From: an uncultured Bacilli bacterium
Lineage (GTDB): Bacteria > Bacillota_I > Bacilli_A > RF39 > UBA660
Direction: 5' to 3'
Assembly: GCA_934167665.1 (NCBI GenBank)
Contig: CAKPLN010000002.1
Coordinates: forward strand, 232,107 to 296,106
Length of the DNA stretch: 64,000 nucleotides
The translations under genes and the position numbers were made by a program. How positions within the stretch are numbered: position 1 is the first letter of the stretch; each line of letters begins with the position of its first letter. The notes beneath the pieces were generated by a model. That model did not search any database and was not told the DNA's origin. It saw only the letters and a list, made by a program, of their open reading frames with translations. Shown piece by piece: positions 10,926 to 20,466 of the stretch.

Positions 10926-11405
10926 ATGATGGAAGCTATTATTGTGTTTTTACGTGATACTTTGGATGGCTTAACGTATGTATTAGTTTCTGTTGTATGC
11001 TTTATTTTAATTATATTTTGTATTTGGCAGTTGATTTTACGTAGTAAAAAGAAAAGGGCAGCTCATGATGAATTTTTGGCTTCTAATGTTGTTATTATTA
11101 ATGATAAAGGGCAACATGAAACTATAAAAATTGTTCCGTCTGTTGCTAAAAGTAGTATTTCTACTACAGTTAATAGTGAAAGTAGTGTTTCAAGTGTTAC
11201 GACGTTACCACAAAACAATAATGTTAAACCAGTAGTCATGATTAATCCATTAGAAGTGGCTGCTGTTTCTAGTACTATGAATATTATTGCTTCTGGTAGT
11301 TCATTAAATACTTCTAAGGAAGATAAAGTAGGGAACTCTACTAATTCTGTTCAAGGAAATACTGATACTAATTCTACGCCAAATAGTCAAAACTTTACTA
11401 ATTAG
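10926..11405 (+). CDS. membrane protein with Ser/Thr/Asn-rich tail
   Basis: One N-terminal TM helix followed by a low-complexity S/T/N-rich region. Confidence 0.5.
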   Translation: MMEAIIVFLRDTLDGLTYVLVSVVCFILIIFCIWQLILRSKKKRAAHDEFLASNVVIINDKGQHETIKIVPSVAKSSISTTVNSESSVSSVTTLPQNNNVKPVVMINPLEVAAVSSTMNIIASGSSLNTSKEDKVGNSTNSVQGNTDTNSTPNSQNFTN

Positions 11406-11449
11406 ATTTTTTTAGATATACTATTATAGTGCTTTAAAGGAGAGATTTG

Positions 11450-12277
11450 ATGGCAGCAATTTTAACTAATGTATTATCTATACTAAGGAAAGTAGTTGAT
11501 ATTTCCTTAGTTTGGTTAATTTTTTATTTGATTTTAAAGAATATTAAAAATAATGTTAAGTTATCTTTATTATTTAAGGGTGTAACATTCTTAATTATTT
11601 TAAAGATAGTAAGTGATTGGCTTGGTTTTACTACTATAGGAGTATTACTTGAATATATTATTCAGTGGGGTCCTATGGCTATTATTGTTATATTCCAGCC
11701 AGAAATTAGAAATATATTGGAACAATTGGGACGTAATCAATTGCTTGGTAGACATAAGGTTTTAACAGTTGACGAAAGAGAACGTATGGTTTATGAAATT
11801 ATTAATGCAGTTGATTATTTACGTAAAGAACATATAGGAGCTTTAATTGTTTTGGAGCGTGACATTAGTCTTGGTAACTATATTGACAAGGCTAAAAAGT
11901 TATATGCTGATTTGTCTAGTGATTTGTTGATTGCTATTTTCTATCAGGGTAATCCGTTACATGATGGAGGGGTAATCATTCAAGGTGATAGAATTACATG
12001 TGCTGGAGCTGTTTTCCCAACTAGCAATAGTCAAAAGATAAATAGACGCCTTGGTACTAGACATAGAGCCGCCCTTGGTTTAGCTGAGGAAACTGATGCT
12101 ATTTGTATTGTTGTTTCTGAAGAAACTGGTAGAATTTCTGTAGCTCTTAAAGGCGAATTACTATATAATTTATCCATTGATGATACAAGAATGTTATTAA
12201 TAGATGAATTAAGGCCTAAGCAAGATATAGAATTTAATGAGGCAGATGAGGAAGAGACTTATGAAGAAGATGTTTAG
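11450..12277 (+). CDS. cdaA: diadenylate cyclase CdaA
   Basis: Three N-terminal TM helices plus DAC-domain motifs HDGGVII and LGTRHRAALGLAEETDAICIVVSEETG. Confidence 0.92.
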   Translation: MAAILTNVLSILRKVVDISLVWLIFYLILKNIKNNVKLSLLFKGVTFLIILKIVSDWLGFTTIGVLLEYIIQWGPMAIIVIFQPEIRNILEQLGRNQLLGRHKVLTVDERERMVYEIINAVDYLRKEHIGALIVLERDISLGNYIDKAKKLYADLSSDLLIAIFYQGNPLHDGGVIIQGDRITCAGAVFPTSNSQKINRRLGTRHRAALGLAEETDAICIVVSEETGRISVALKGELLYNLSIDDTRMLLIDELRPKQDIEFNEADEEETYEEDV

Positions 12278-13616
12278 AGGTATAGGACGTTTATTGCGTC
12301 GCATTGCTACTTTTTTTGATAAATGGTTAATAACTCCAATTACTAAGTTGGTTTTAAATATTACTGAATTTATAAAAAGTAATTCTAAAAGTATTGATAG
12401 AATAATTGGTCGTAAATCTACTTTGCTAGTTATTAGTTTGATTTTAGCGTTTGCAGTTTTTGTTATTATTGATCAAGAATCTGATATTATGATAGATAAA
12501 TATGCAGAGATTTTGGAAAATCAGCCTGTATCAGCTATTTATAATGAGGAGTTGTATGTTGTTGAGGGAATTCCTAAAACAGTGGATATTACCTTGATTG
12601 GTCAAAGAAGACATATCTTTTTGGCAAAGCAGTCTCCTTCTAAGAATGTTTCTGTTGATTTAACTGGATTAAAACCTGGGACACATTCTGTTACACTTAA
12701 ATATACACAACGTTTAAAGTCACTTGAATATAAATTGGATCCTTCTAAAATTACGGTTAAAATTTATGATAAAGAGAGTGAAACTCGTAGTTTAACTTAT
12801 GATATTCTACATCAGGATGATCTTGATTCTAAGCTATCAATAAAAGGTGTAGAACTTGATAGAACTGATGTTATTGTAAAAGGTGCTAAATATAAATTAG
12901 AGCAAGTAGCAACTGTAAAAGCTTTGGTTGATGTTAATGAAATTCCAAATCCTGAAGCTGGGGAAATTACAGTTAGAAATGTTCCTTTAGTTGCTTATGA
13001 TACTAATGGTAAAATAATTGATGTGGAAATTGTACCTAAGGTAGTAGATGCTAAGGTTAATATATCATCTCCTAGAAAAGAAGTTTCAATTAAAGTAATT
13101 CCGAAGGGTACTTTAGCTGTTGGTAAAGCTATAAAATCAATTCAAAGTGAAGCTACTTCAGTTGTTGTTTATGGTGAAGAGTCAGCAGTAGAAAAATTAA
13201 ATACTTTAGAAGTAGAAGTTGATGTTGATGGTTTGGATAGTGATAAGGACTTTAATGTTACTTTGAAAAAACCAGCTGGTATTACGGATTTAAGTATTAA
13301 AAATCTTAAAGTTAAAGTTAGTGTTGATAATGCTGTTACTAAAGAATTTGAGGGAATCAGAGTAAGTGCTGAAAATCTTCCTTCTGGATATAAGGCTCAA
13401 GCTTTATCTCAAGCTGATAGTATGATTACTGTTGTTGTTTCTGGTAGTGCAGATATCATCGAAAAAATTGATGCTTCTTCTATAAAGGCATATATAGATT
13501 TAACTAACTATGGTGTTGGTGAACATCAAGTAAAAGTTGTTGTTACTGGTGATGACCTTCGTTTAACGTATAAGCCTAAAACAAAAGAAGTAAAAATTAG
13601 AGTTACTCAAGAATAG
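12261..13616 (+). CDS. cdaR: CdaA regulatory protein CdaR (YbbR repeat protein)
   Basis: Immediately follows and overlaps cdaA. One TM helix, then repeated YbbR-like beta domains. The start is uncertain (12237, 12261 or 12270). Confidence 0.82.
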   Translation: MKKMFRGIGRLLRRIATFFDKWLITPITKLVLNITEFIKSNSKSIDRIIGRKSTLLVISLILAFAVFVIIDQESDIMIDKYAEILENQPVSAIYNEELYVVEGIPKTVDITLIGQRRHIFLAKQSPSKNVSVDLTGLKPGTHSVTLKYTQRLKSLEYKLDPSKITVKIYDKESETRSLTYDILHQDDLDSKLSIKGVELDRTDVIVKGAKYKLEQVATVKALVDVNEIPNPEAGEITVRNVPLVAYDTNGKIIDVEIVPKVVDAKVNISSPRKEVSIKVIPKGTLAVGKAIKSIQSEATSVVVYGEESAVEKLNTLEVEVDVDGLDSDKDFNVTLKKPAGITDLSIKNLKVKVSVDNAVTKEFEGIRVSAENLPSGYKAQALSQADSMITVVVSGSADIIEKIDASSIKAYIDLTNYGVGEHQVKVVVTGDDLRLTYKPKTKEVKIRVTQE

Positions 13617-13636
13617 CGTTGCTATTCTTTTTTTTG
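13611..13636 (+). terminator. rho-independent terminator after cdaR
   Basis: GAATAGC-gtt-GCTATTC followed by a T run. Confidence 0.7.
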
Positions 13637-13692
13637 TAATATTAATTATCTAAATTCAATATAATTAACTAGAAATTAATATGAGGTGAACT

Positions 13693-14691
13693 ATGAAAAA
13701 GGTATTTATTTTATTGGTTACTATGTTATTTTTAGTTAGCGGTTGTGGTAAGCAGACAGAAAAGGATATTATTAATAATTTAGAGAAAAAGATAAATAAA
13801 GCTTCTTCCTATAAAATTTCTGGTGACTTAGAAATTGTTAATAATGATGATGTTTATAATTATGATGTTGAAGTTAGCTATAAAAAGGGCGATTTTTATA
13901 AGGTTAGTCTTACCAATACCGCTAATAATCATACACAAATTATTTTAAAAAATTCTGAGGGTGTATATGTATTAACACCATCCCTTAATAAGAGTTTTAA
14001 ATTTCAAAGTGATTGGCCTTATAGTAATTCTCAAATATATTTACTTAGTGCTTTGTTAAATGACATAAAAAATACGGAGAATAGAAATTTTAAAGAAATA
14101 AAAAATGGTTATGCTTTTTCAACTAATGTTAATTATCCTAATAATCCAAAATTAGTGAGTCAAAATATTGAAATTGATAAGAACTTTAATATTAAAAAAG
14201 TTAAAGTTTATGATAAAAATAATATAGCTTATATGACAATGCAATTTAATGATATTGATTATTCACCTACTTTTAAAGATAATTATTTTGAACTTGATAC
14301 TATTATGGGAGCTTATTCTGTAGAACATGATAATGTTAAGGAAACAATGCAACTTGATAGTTCTATTTATCCTTTAGTTATTCCTACTGGGACTAAGTTG
14401 ATTAATGAGGAAAAAATTAAGAAGGATGTTGGAGAGAGGGTAATATTGACTTTTGATGGTGATAAACCTTTTCTATTAGTTGAAGAAACGGCATCTACCA
14501 TGGAAGAGTTTACTGTTATTCCTACATATGGTGAACCTTATCAATTGATGGATACATTGGGTGTTATGACTAATAATTCTCTATCATGGACTAGTAATGG
14601 TATTGAGTATTATATTATTAGTAATGTATTGGAACAGGATGAATTAATTGAAATAGCTCAATCTATAAATGTTTTACCTACAATGAAATAA
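13693..14691 (+). CDS. putative lipoprotein
   Basis: Lipobox LFLVSGC at the N-terminus. A possible LolA/DUF4367-like fold is only a guess. Confidence 0.6.
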   Translation: MKKVFILLVTMLFLVSGCGKQTEKDIINNLEKKINKASSYKISGDLEIVNNDDVYNYDVEVSYKKGDFYKVSLTNTANNHTQIILKNSEGVYVLTPSLNKSFKFQSDWPYSNSQIYLLSALLNDIKNTENRNFKEIKNGYAFSTNVNYPNNPKLVSQNIEIDKNFNIKKVKVYDKNNIAYMTMQFNDIDYSPTFKDNYFELDTIMGAYSVEHDNVKETMQLDSSIYPLVIPTGTKLINEEKIKKDVGERVILTFDGDKPFLLVEETASTMEEFTVIPTYGEPYQLMDTLGVMTNNSLSWTSNGIEYYIISNVLEQDELIEIAQSINVLPTMK

Positions 14692-14770
14692 AGGTTTATC
14701 CTTTATTTTTTTGCGGTAAATTTTCTTTTTCTTTTTTTATTGTTATGTTATAATGTCTTTGGTGATATTA

Positions 14771-15280
14771 ATGACAAAGAAGAATAATGTTAAAAAAAAT
14801 ATTGAAAAGTTAGAGATGTCTAGTGAGGCTAAAAATTTAATAATAGTTACAGTAGTTGTATTAGCTTTTTTAGCTTTATTTTATTTTGTTACTGTTATTA
14901 TTTTAGATAATGGTGATAAGAAGAATACTGGTACTGATGAAGTTGAAGTTCAACATAAGGAAGTTTTGGTGGGAACTAGTTTTTCTATTAAGGATTCTAA
15001 TTATTATGTTTTCTATTATGAAACAGGAGATGATGAGATTAGTTCTGATGCTTCATCTTTAGTTTCTACGTATCGTTCTTCAAATAAAGATATATACCTT
15101 TATACAGTTGATATGTCTAATGCTTTAAATCAAGGCGCTAAGTCTGATAGTAGTAATAGTTCGGCTACGAATGCTTCTGAGCTTAAAATTTCTGGACCTA
15201 CACTTATTAAATTTACTGATGGTGCAATTGCACAATATGTTGAAGGTATGGATGCTATTGAGGAAATTTTAAATAATTAA
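14771..15280 (+). CDS. membrane-anchored hypothetical protein
   Basis: Single TM helix (IIVTVVVLAFLALFYFVTVIIL) and an extracytoplasmic domain. ATG at 14771 follows GGTGAT. Confidence 0.5.
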   Translation: MTKKNNVKKNIEKLEMSSEAKNLIIVTVVVLAFLALFYFVTVIILDNGDKKNTGTDEVEVQHKEVLVGTSFSIKDSNYYVFYYETGDDEISSDASSLVSTYRSSNKDIYLYTVDMSNALNQGAKSDSSNSSATNASELKISGPTLIKFTDGAIAQYVEGMDAIEEILNN

Positions 15281-15377
15281 TTGTAAAAAGACTGTTTAGT
15301 CTTTTTCTTTTTTAGGCTTTAAGTTTTATTTTTCTGTTTATTATGTTATTCTATTATTAGACTATTGGGGTGATATA

Positions 15378-16637
15378 ATGAAAGCTAAAAAGAACGATAA
15401 GAAGAAAGGTAAGAGTACAATTGATAAAATAAAAAAGTTCTTTGATAAACATTGGCATTTTGATAATAGTTCAAAGTTTAATTTATTAGAAGTGCTTGTT
15501 GTTTTAATTATTGCGATGCTTTTTGGAATGATTGCGGGATGTATTTTAACTTATGGTAAGGGATATGCTAAAGTTACTGATAATAAATATATTAGCGAAT
15601 TACTTAAGTCTTATGAGGCAATTGTTGATAATTATTATTATAATGTTGATGAAGAGACTTTAGTTAATTCAGCTATTGATGGGATGGTTAAATCTTTGGA
15701 TGATAAATACTCATATTATATGGGTACAGATGAAGCTACTAAATTTAATCAAAAAATAGATGGAAGTTACGTTGGTATTGGAGCAACAGTTGCTTTTTCA
15801 GAATCTGGTAATTATGTTGTTGAGTTATATGAGGATAGTCCAGGAGAAAAGGCTGGCTTAATGGTTGGCGATGTTATTTTAAGTATTGATGATACTTCTG
15901 TTGTTGGTTATACATTATCTGAACTATCACCACTTCTTACGGGAAAATCTGGTACGAAATTTAAAATGATAGTTAGACGTGGGGATCGTGAAGAAAACTT
16001 AACAGTTACTAGGGGAGTTGTAGTTATTCCTTCTGTTAATAGTAAAATTATTGATGGTGAAAATAAAAAAATTGGTTATATTTATATTGATACTTTTGCA
16101 GCTAATACATATCTTCAATTTAATAAGCAGTTGAAAGAATTAGAAAAGAAAAATATTAATGGACTTATTATTGATGTGCGTGATAATTTAGGGGGACATT
16201 TAGATCAGACTGCTAAGATTTTATCTTTGTTTTTTGATAAGAAAACAGTTTTATATCAAATTAGTACTAAAGATGAAACTAAAAAAGTTTATTCTAGCAC
16301 TAAAGAAAGTAGAGAATATGATATTGTTGTCTTGATTAACTCTTTTTCGGCATCTGCTTCTGAGATATTGGCATCAAGTTTTCAGGAAAACTATAAAAAT
16401 GCAGTTATTGTTGGTGTACAATCGTATGGTAAAGGTACTGTTCAAAGTGCCATTAAGTTATCTACTGGTTCTAGCTTAAAGTATACTAGTCAAAGATGGT
16501 TGACTGCGGCTGGTGTTTGGCTTGATGGTGTAGGGGTTACACCTGATGTTGTGGTTGAACAAGGAAATGATGATTATACGGCTACTTCTTCTGATGATAC
16601 ACAATTTGAAAAAGCACTTGAAATTCTTAATAAATAA
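15378..16637 (+). CDS. S41 family C-terminal processing peptidase with PDZ domain
   Basis: PDZ segment (GEKAGLMVGDVILSIDD). Catalytic Ser context SFSASASEILA and Lys context YGKGTVQ. Confidence 0.88.
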   Translation: MKAKKNDKKKGKSTIDKIKKFFDKHWHFDNSSKFNLLEVLVVLIIAMLFGMIAGCILTYGKGYAKVTDNKYISELLKSYEAIVDNYYYNVDEETLVNSAIDGMVKSLDDKYSYYMGTDEATKFNQKIDGSYVGIGATVAFSESGNYVVELYEDSPGEKAGLMVGDVILSIDDTSVVGYTLSELSPLLTGKSGTKFKMIVRRGDREENLTVTRGVVVIPSVNSKIIDGENKKIGYIYIDTFAANTYLQFNKQLKELEKKNINGLIIDVRDNLGGHLDQTAKILSLFFDKKTVLYQISTKDETKKVYSSTKESREYDIVVLINSFSASASEILASSFQENYKNAVIVGVQSYGKGTVQSAIKLSTGSSLKYTSQRWLTAAGVWLDGVGVTPDVVVEQGNDDYTATSSDDTQFEKALEILNK

Positions 16638-16668
16638 AAGAATCTTTAAATAGATTCTTTTATTTTTG
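16637..16668. terminator. bidirectional terminator between the convergent protease and sortase genes
   Basis: AAAGAATCT-ttaaat-AGATTCTTT with flanking A and T runs. Confidence 0.65.
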
Positions 16669-17206
16669 CTTCTACTATTAATTGCATTTTATTATTTTGT
16701 GTGCTACAGGTAGTTAATATCAGTTGACTCTCATTCCTTTTAGAAAATTTTATATAACCATTTTTCTCTTGTTCATAAATATTATCTACTACATAAATAT
16801 ACGTTTCATCGTAGTATTTAAATTCTATTTCGTCACCTTCACTTAACTCTATTAGTTTATTGAAATATGCGATTCTTCCTTCTCCGGAATGAGCTGCTAA
16901 CACGACAAGACTGTTTTTATCTTTTAAATTTTCTGATGTCTTTAATATAGTGACGTTTTCCTCTATGTTATTGTGTTTACTATTAATATCATATATTTTA
17001 TTGCTTAAATTAATTTTATCTATTTTTAAGAACCCTATATTTTTTTCTATCTTCGTTATAGACTCTTTATCTTTATTTGTTATTACTTGGTTTATCTCTT
17101 TATTAGTTATATTGGTTATTTTAATATTTTCTTCTTTTATGATTTTTTCTTTATATGTTATTTTGAAATTTATAATTAATAGTATTATTAATAATTTTAT
17201 TATCAT
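16646..17206 (-). CDS. sortase family transpeptidase
   Basis: N-terminal TM helix, VLAAHSG (catalytic His) and LILTTCS (TLxTC Cys motif). Confidence 0.8.
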   Translation of the reverse strand: MIIKLLIILLIINFKITYKEKIIKEENIKITNITNKEINQVITNKDKESITKIEKNIGFLKIDKINLSNKIYDINSKHNNIEENVTILKTSENLKDKNSLVVLAAHSGEGRIAYFNKLIELSEGDEIEFKYYDETYIYVVDNIYEQEKNGYIKFSKRNESQLILTTCSTQNNKMQLIVEAKIKESI

Positions 17207-18626
17207 ATATTTGTCCTATTATTTTAATTATTTTGAGTATTATTTGATTAATAATATTGTCTTTACTTTTTGCGTATGTATTAGGTACTTTTATTTTATA
17301 GTCTTTTAGGTCATATGTTAAAGGTGTGTTACTATTTATTATGATGATGAATGGTTCTACTATTTCATAACCGTCAGTTGTATTTTGTTGAACTACTTTA
17401 TATGTTCCATATGGTAATTCTATTTCTAAATTGCCAAATTTATCTGTTGTTAGACTTTTATATAGATTATTTTTGTTATCATAAATATTAAATGTAACAT
17501 TTTCTTCATCTTTAATTAGCTCTTCATCAATATAGACTTTATGAATTTTTAATTTTCCTTTTATGACTTTATTTTTTAAAGTAATGGCTATTTTGGGTTG
17601 CTCTTTAGATAATTCAAATTCATATATATTAGTATCTAAAGTATAACCTGTTCCAGCTATTACTTCTTTTATGTAATATTTTCCTATTGGTAAACTTTTA
17701 AGCGTTGTGGTTAATTCGGCGTCAAATATTATTTCTGCAATCTCAAACATATTTTCATTATATATTTTGTATGTTGCTCCTTCTAATTTGGCCATTCCAC
17801 TGGCTATTTTTGAATTTGTATCAAAATCTATTTTATCTAGTTTTACTTCTGTATCAGTTACTTTAACATTAATAGTTAATGTTTCTTCGTCTAGGTTACC
17901 TATAGTTACTAAATCTTGACTATCTACTGAAGTAAAGAAAACGATATTTTCTTTATGATTGTTGAATTTTTGAGCAACTACTATTTTATGTTCTCCTACC
18001 GGAAGGTTTTCTATGGTTATGGTGTTATTTGTTATAGTTGTATATTTATCGTCACTTTTATATGTTATATTATAGTCATTATCTAATGGTATTTCTATTT
18101 TTTCACCAATTGTTATTGTATAATTTAGTTCTGTTTTAATACTATTTTGGTAGTTATTTATCGCATTATTTAGTTCATTTATCAGGTCTTGATACTTGTT
18201 AGTTTTATTACCATTTAGTGAATCTGTAAAATAATATAATCCATTTGGTTCAACTGTTTCCCAAATAAGTAATTGTGTTATAGCGTACCATATTTCATCT
18301 TCTTTACCTTTATTTTTATAGCCTAAGTAAACTAAATATTTAATTCTATTTTTTTGCTCTTCAGTTAGTTTTGTTGAAACTATGTCTTCATAGCTACTGT
18401 TTTCATTAAACATGGTAAATGGCTCTAGACAATAAGCAATATTTCCTGTTTCTCTTTGCTTAAACATACGGGCTTTTTGATAATATATAGTTTTTCTGTT
18501 AGGAGTTACTTTATTCATCCATACATTGTCTATATATTTATCTTCATAAAAATTTGTTACTTTAGCGTAAGTTGGCTGTGGTAATAATGCTATTAATGAT
18601 GTTAAGAAAATAATTATTAATTTCAT
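17151..18626 (-). CDS. putative thioester-domain (Cys-Gln) surface adhesin with two Cna-B/SpaA-type Ig-like domains
   Basis: Signal peptide ending TYA/K. AYCLEP (Cys66, nt 18429-18431) and AITQLLIWE (Gln118, nt 18273-18275). Two domains show GxYxxxE..xxGY patterns. A sortase gene is adjacent. Confidence 0.6.
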   Translation of the reverse strand: MKLIIIFLTSLIALLPQPTYAKVTNFYEDKYIDNVWMNKVTPNRKTIYYQKARMFKQRETGNIAYCLEPFTMFNENSSYEDIVSTKLTEEQKNRIKYLVYLGYKNKGKEDEIWYAITQLLIWETVEPNGLYYFTDSLNGNKTNKYQDLINELNNAINNYQNSIKTELNYTITIGEKIEIPLDNDYNITYKSDDKYTTITNNTITIENLPVGEHKIVVAQKFNNHKENIVFFTSVDSQDLVTIGNLDEETLTINVKVTDTEVKLDKIDFDTNSKIASGMAKLEGATYKIYNENMFEIAEIIFDAELTTTLKSLPIGKYYIKEVIAGTGYTLDTNIYEFELSKEQPKIAITLKNKVIKGKLKIHKVYIDEELIKDEENVTFNIYDNKNNLYKSLTTDKFGNLEIELPYGTYKVVQQNTTDGYEIVEPFIIIINSNTPLTYDLKDYKIKVPNTYAKSKDNIINQIILKIIKIIGQIYDNKIINNTINYKFQNNI

Positions 18627-18815
18627 TTTATTCCTCCTTTTTCTTAATGGTTATCATAATAGCAGGTGTTTATTTACAAAGCAAATTGATAATTTTTAGT
18701 TTTTTGTAGTAGTTTGTTTTAAATTTTATCTTTTTACTATATGTTTCTTACTTTTTTCTTGTAATTTTATTCATTAATTTTTAAGTTTAGGATATAATGA
18801 TGTGGGAGGGATTTT

Positions 18816-20426
18816 ATGAAGGATATTGAAATTGCTCAAAAAGCAGAGAAGTTGGATATACGTGATATTGCTTTAAAATTAGGGATTAATGATAATGATT
18901 TAATTCTTTATGGATGTGATAAAGCTAAAATAAAGCTTTCTTCTGGTAAAAAGAGTGGTAAATTGGTACTTGTTACGGCTATTAATCCAACACCTTATGG
19001 TGAGGGTAAGACTACTGTTAGTATTGGTTTAGGAGATGCTTTAAATAGACTTAATAAAAATCCTGTTGTTGCACTTAGAGAACCTTCTATGGGACCTGTT
19101 TTTGGGATTAAGGGTGGTGCTACTGGTGGTGGCTATAGTCAAGTTATTCCAATGGAAGATATTAATTTACATTTTACTGGAGACTTTCATGCTATAACTT
19201 CTGCTAATGACTTATTATGTGCTGCTATTGATAATCATATTTATCAAGGAAATAAATTAGGTATAAAAGAGGTTTGTTTTAGACGATGTTTAGATGTCAA
19301 TGATCGAGCATTGAGAAGTGTTAATTTAAATAGTAGAGAAGAGTCTTTTTCTATAACTGCGGCTAGTGAGATTATGGCTATTTTTTGTCTTGCCAGTTCT
19401 CTTTCTGATTTAAAAGCACGATTAGGAAAAATAATTATTGGTTACGATAAAGACGATAAACCTTTATATGCTCATGATTTAAATATTGAAGGAGCTCTTA
19501 CTGTACTTTTGAAAGATGCTTTTTTACCTAATCTTGTGCAAACTCTTGAACATACACCAGTTATTATTCATGGTGGACCTTTTGCTAATATAGCTCATGG
19601 TTGTAGTTCTGTTGTGTCAACTAAGTTAGCTATGAGCTTGGGAGATTATGTTATTACAGAAGCTGGTTTTGGAGCTGATTTAGGCGCTGAAAAATTTTTA
19701 GATATAAAATGTAGAAAGGCAAATATTAAACCTGATTGTATTGTTTTAGTAGCAACTATTAAGGCTTTAAAATATAATGGTAATGTTTCACAGGATAAAA
19801 TAAATGATATTAATAATCAAGCTTTAGTTTCTGGTCTTGAAAATTTAAAACGTCATATTAGTAATTTAAAAAAATATGGAGTTTCAGTTGTTGTATGTTT
19901 AAATAAATATTTTAGTGATACTTTAGAAGAAATTAACATTGTCAAAGATTGTTGTATTAATCTTGGTGTTAGATTCTCTGTTAGTACAGCTTATATTGAT
20001 GGTGGTAAGGGTGCTATTGACTTAGCTAATAAAGTAGTTGATGCTTGTTTAGATAATAATCACTTTAAATTATTGTATGATGATAATAGTACTTTACAAG
20101 AGAAGATAGAAAAGATTTGTCATGAGATATATGGAGCAGCAGATGTTAAATATTCTGATGCTGCTATAGATAAACTGAAAAAACTTAGTAGTTATTCTAA
20201 TCTTCCAATTTGTGTTGCTAAAACACAATATTCCTTCTCTGATGATGCTAAAAAGCTTGGAGCACCAGCTGATTTTTCTGTTTTAGTTAGAGATGTATGC
20301 TTATATAGTGGAGCAGGATTTATTACGATTTTTTTGGGAAATATAATGACGATGCCTGGATTACCATCTAAACCTAATTATGAAAATATAGATTTAGTTG
20401 GTGATAAAATAGTTGGATTAGATTAA
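18816..20426 (+). CDS. fhs: formate--tetrahydrofolate ligase
   Basis: NPTPYGEGKTTVSIGL and overall FTHFS length and pattern. Confidence 0.95.
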   Translation: MKDIEIAQKAEKLDIRDIALKLGINDNDLILYGCDKAKIKLSSGKKSGKLVLVTAINPTPYGEGKTTVSIGLGDALNRLNKNPVVALREPSMGPVFGIKGGATGGGYSQVIPMEDINLHFTGDFHAITSANDLLCAAIDNHIYQGNKLGIKEVCFRRCLDVNDRALRSVNLNSREESFSITAASEIMAIFCLASSLSDLKARLGKIIIGYDKDDKPLYAHDLNIEGALTVLLKDAFLPNLVQTLEHTPVIIHGGPFANIAHGCSSVVSTKLAMSLGDYVITEAGFGADLGAEKFLDIKCRKANIKPDCIVLVATIKALKYNGNVSQDKINDINNQALVSGLENLKRHISNLKKYGVSVVVCLNKYFSDTLEEINIVKDCCINLGVRFSVSTAYIDGGKGAIDLANKVVDACLDNNHFKLLYDDNSTLQEKIEKICHEIYGAADVKYSDAAIDKLKKLSSYSNLPICVAKTQYSFSDDAKKLGAPADFSVLVRDVCLYSGAGFITIFLGNIMTMPGLPSKPNYENIDLVGDKIVGLD

Positions 20427-20431
20427 TAAAT

Positions 20432-20461
20432 AAAAAAAACTACCAAACGGTAGTTTTTTTA
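20432..20461. terminator. bidirectional terminator
   Basis: AAAAAAACTACC-aaac-GGTAGTTTTTTT between convergent genes. Confidence 0.8.
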
Positions 20462-20466
20462 TTTAA

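Noticed and set aside
17151-17206. Programmed frameshift linking the adhesin and sortase ORFs
   Set aside because: There is no slippery heptamer or stimulatory structure, and the sortase has its own hydrophobic N-terminus starting at its ATG. Simple overlap or a degraded adhesin tail is more likely.
16950-17309. 119-aa + strand ORF, and similar shadow ORFs at 6284-6475, 8607-8843, 17707-17919, 21239-21565, 21598-21792, 22640-22897, 22914-23108, 26097-26366, 27305-27712, 29322-29759, 30383-30630, 32620-32847, 34726-34908, 36985-37191, 40021-40215, 43950-44168, 44399-44867, 45319-45516, 46102-46305, 51287-51562, 52116-52310, 52866-53090, 53838-54020, 60273-60461 and 61741-61981
   Set aside because: All lie inside or antisense to longer ORFs that carry clear family motifs. 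They have Ile/Phe/Leu/Ser-biased junk composition, as expected by chance in a genome this AT-rich.
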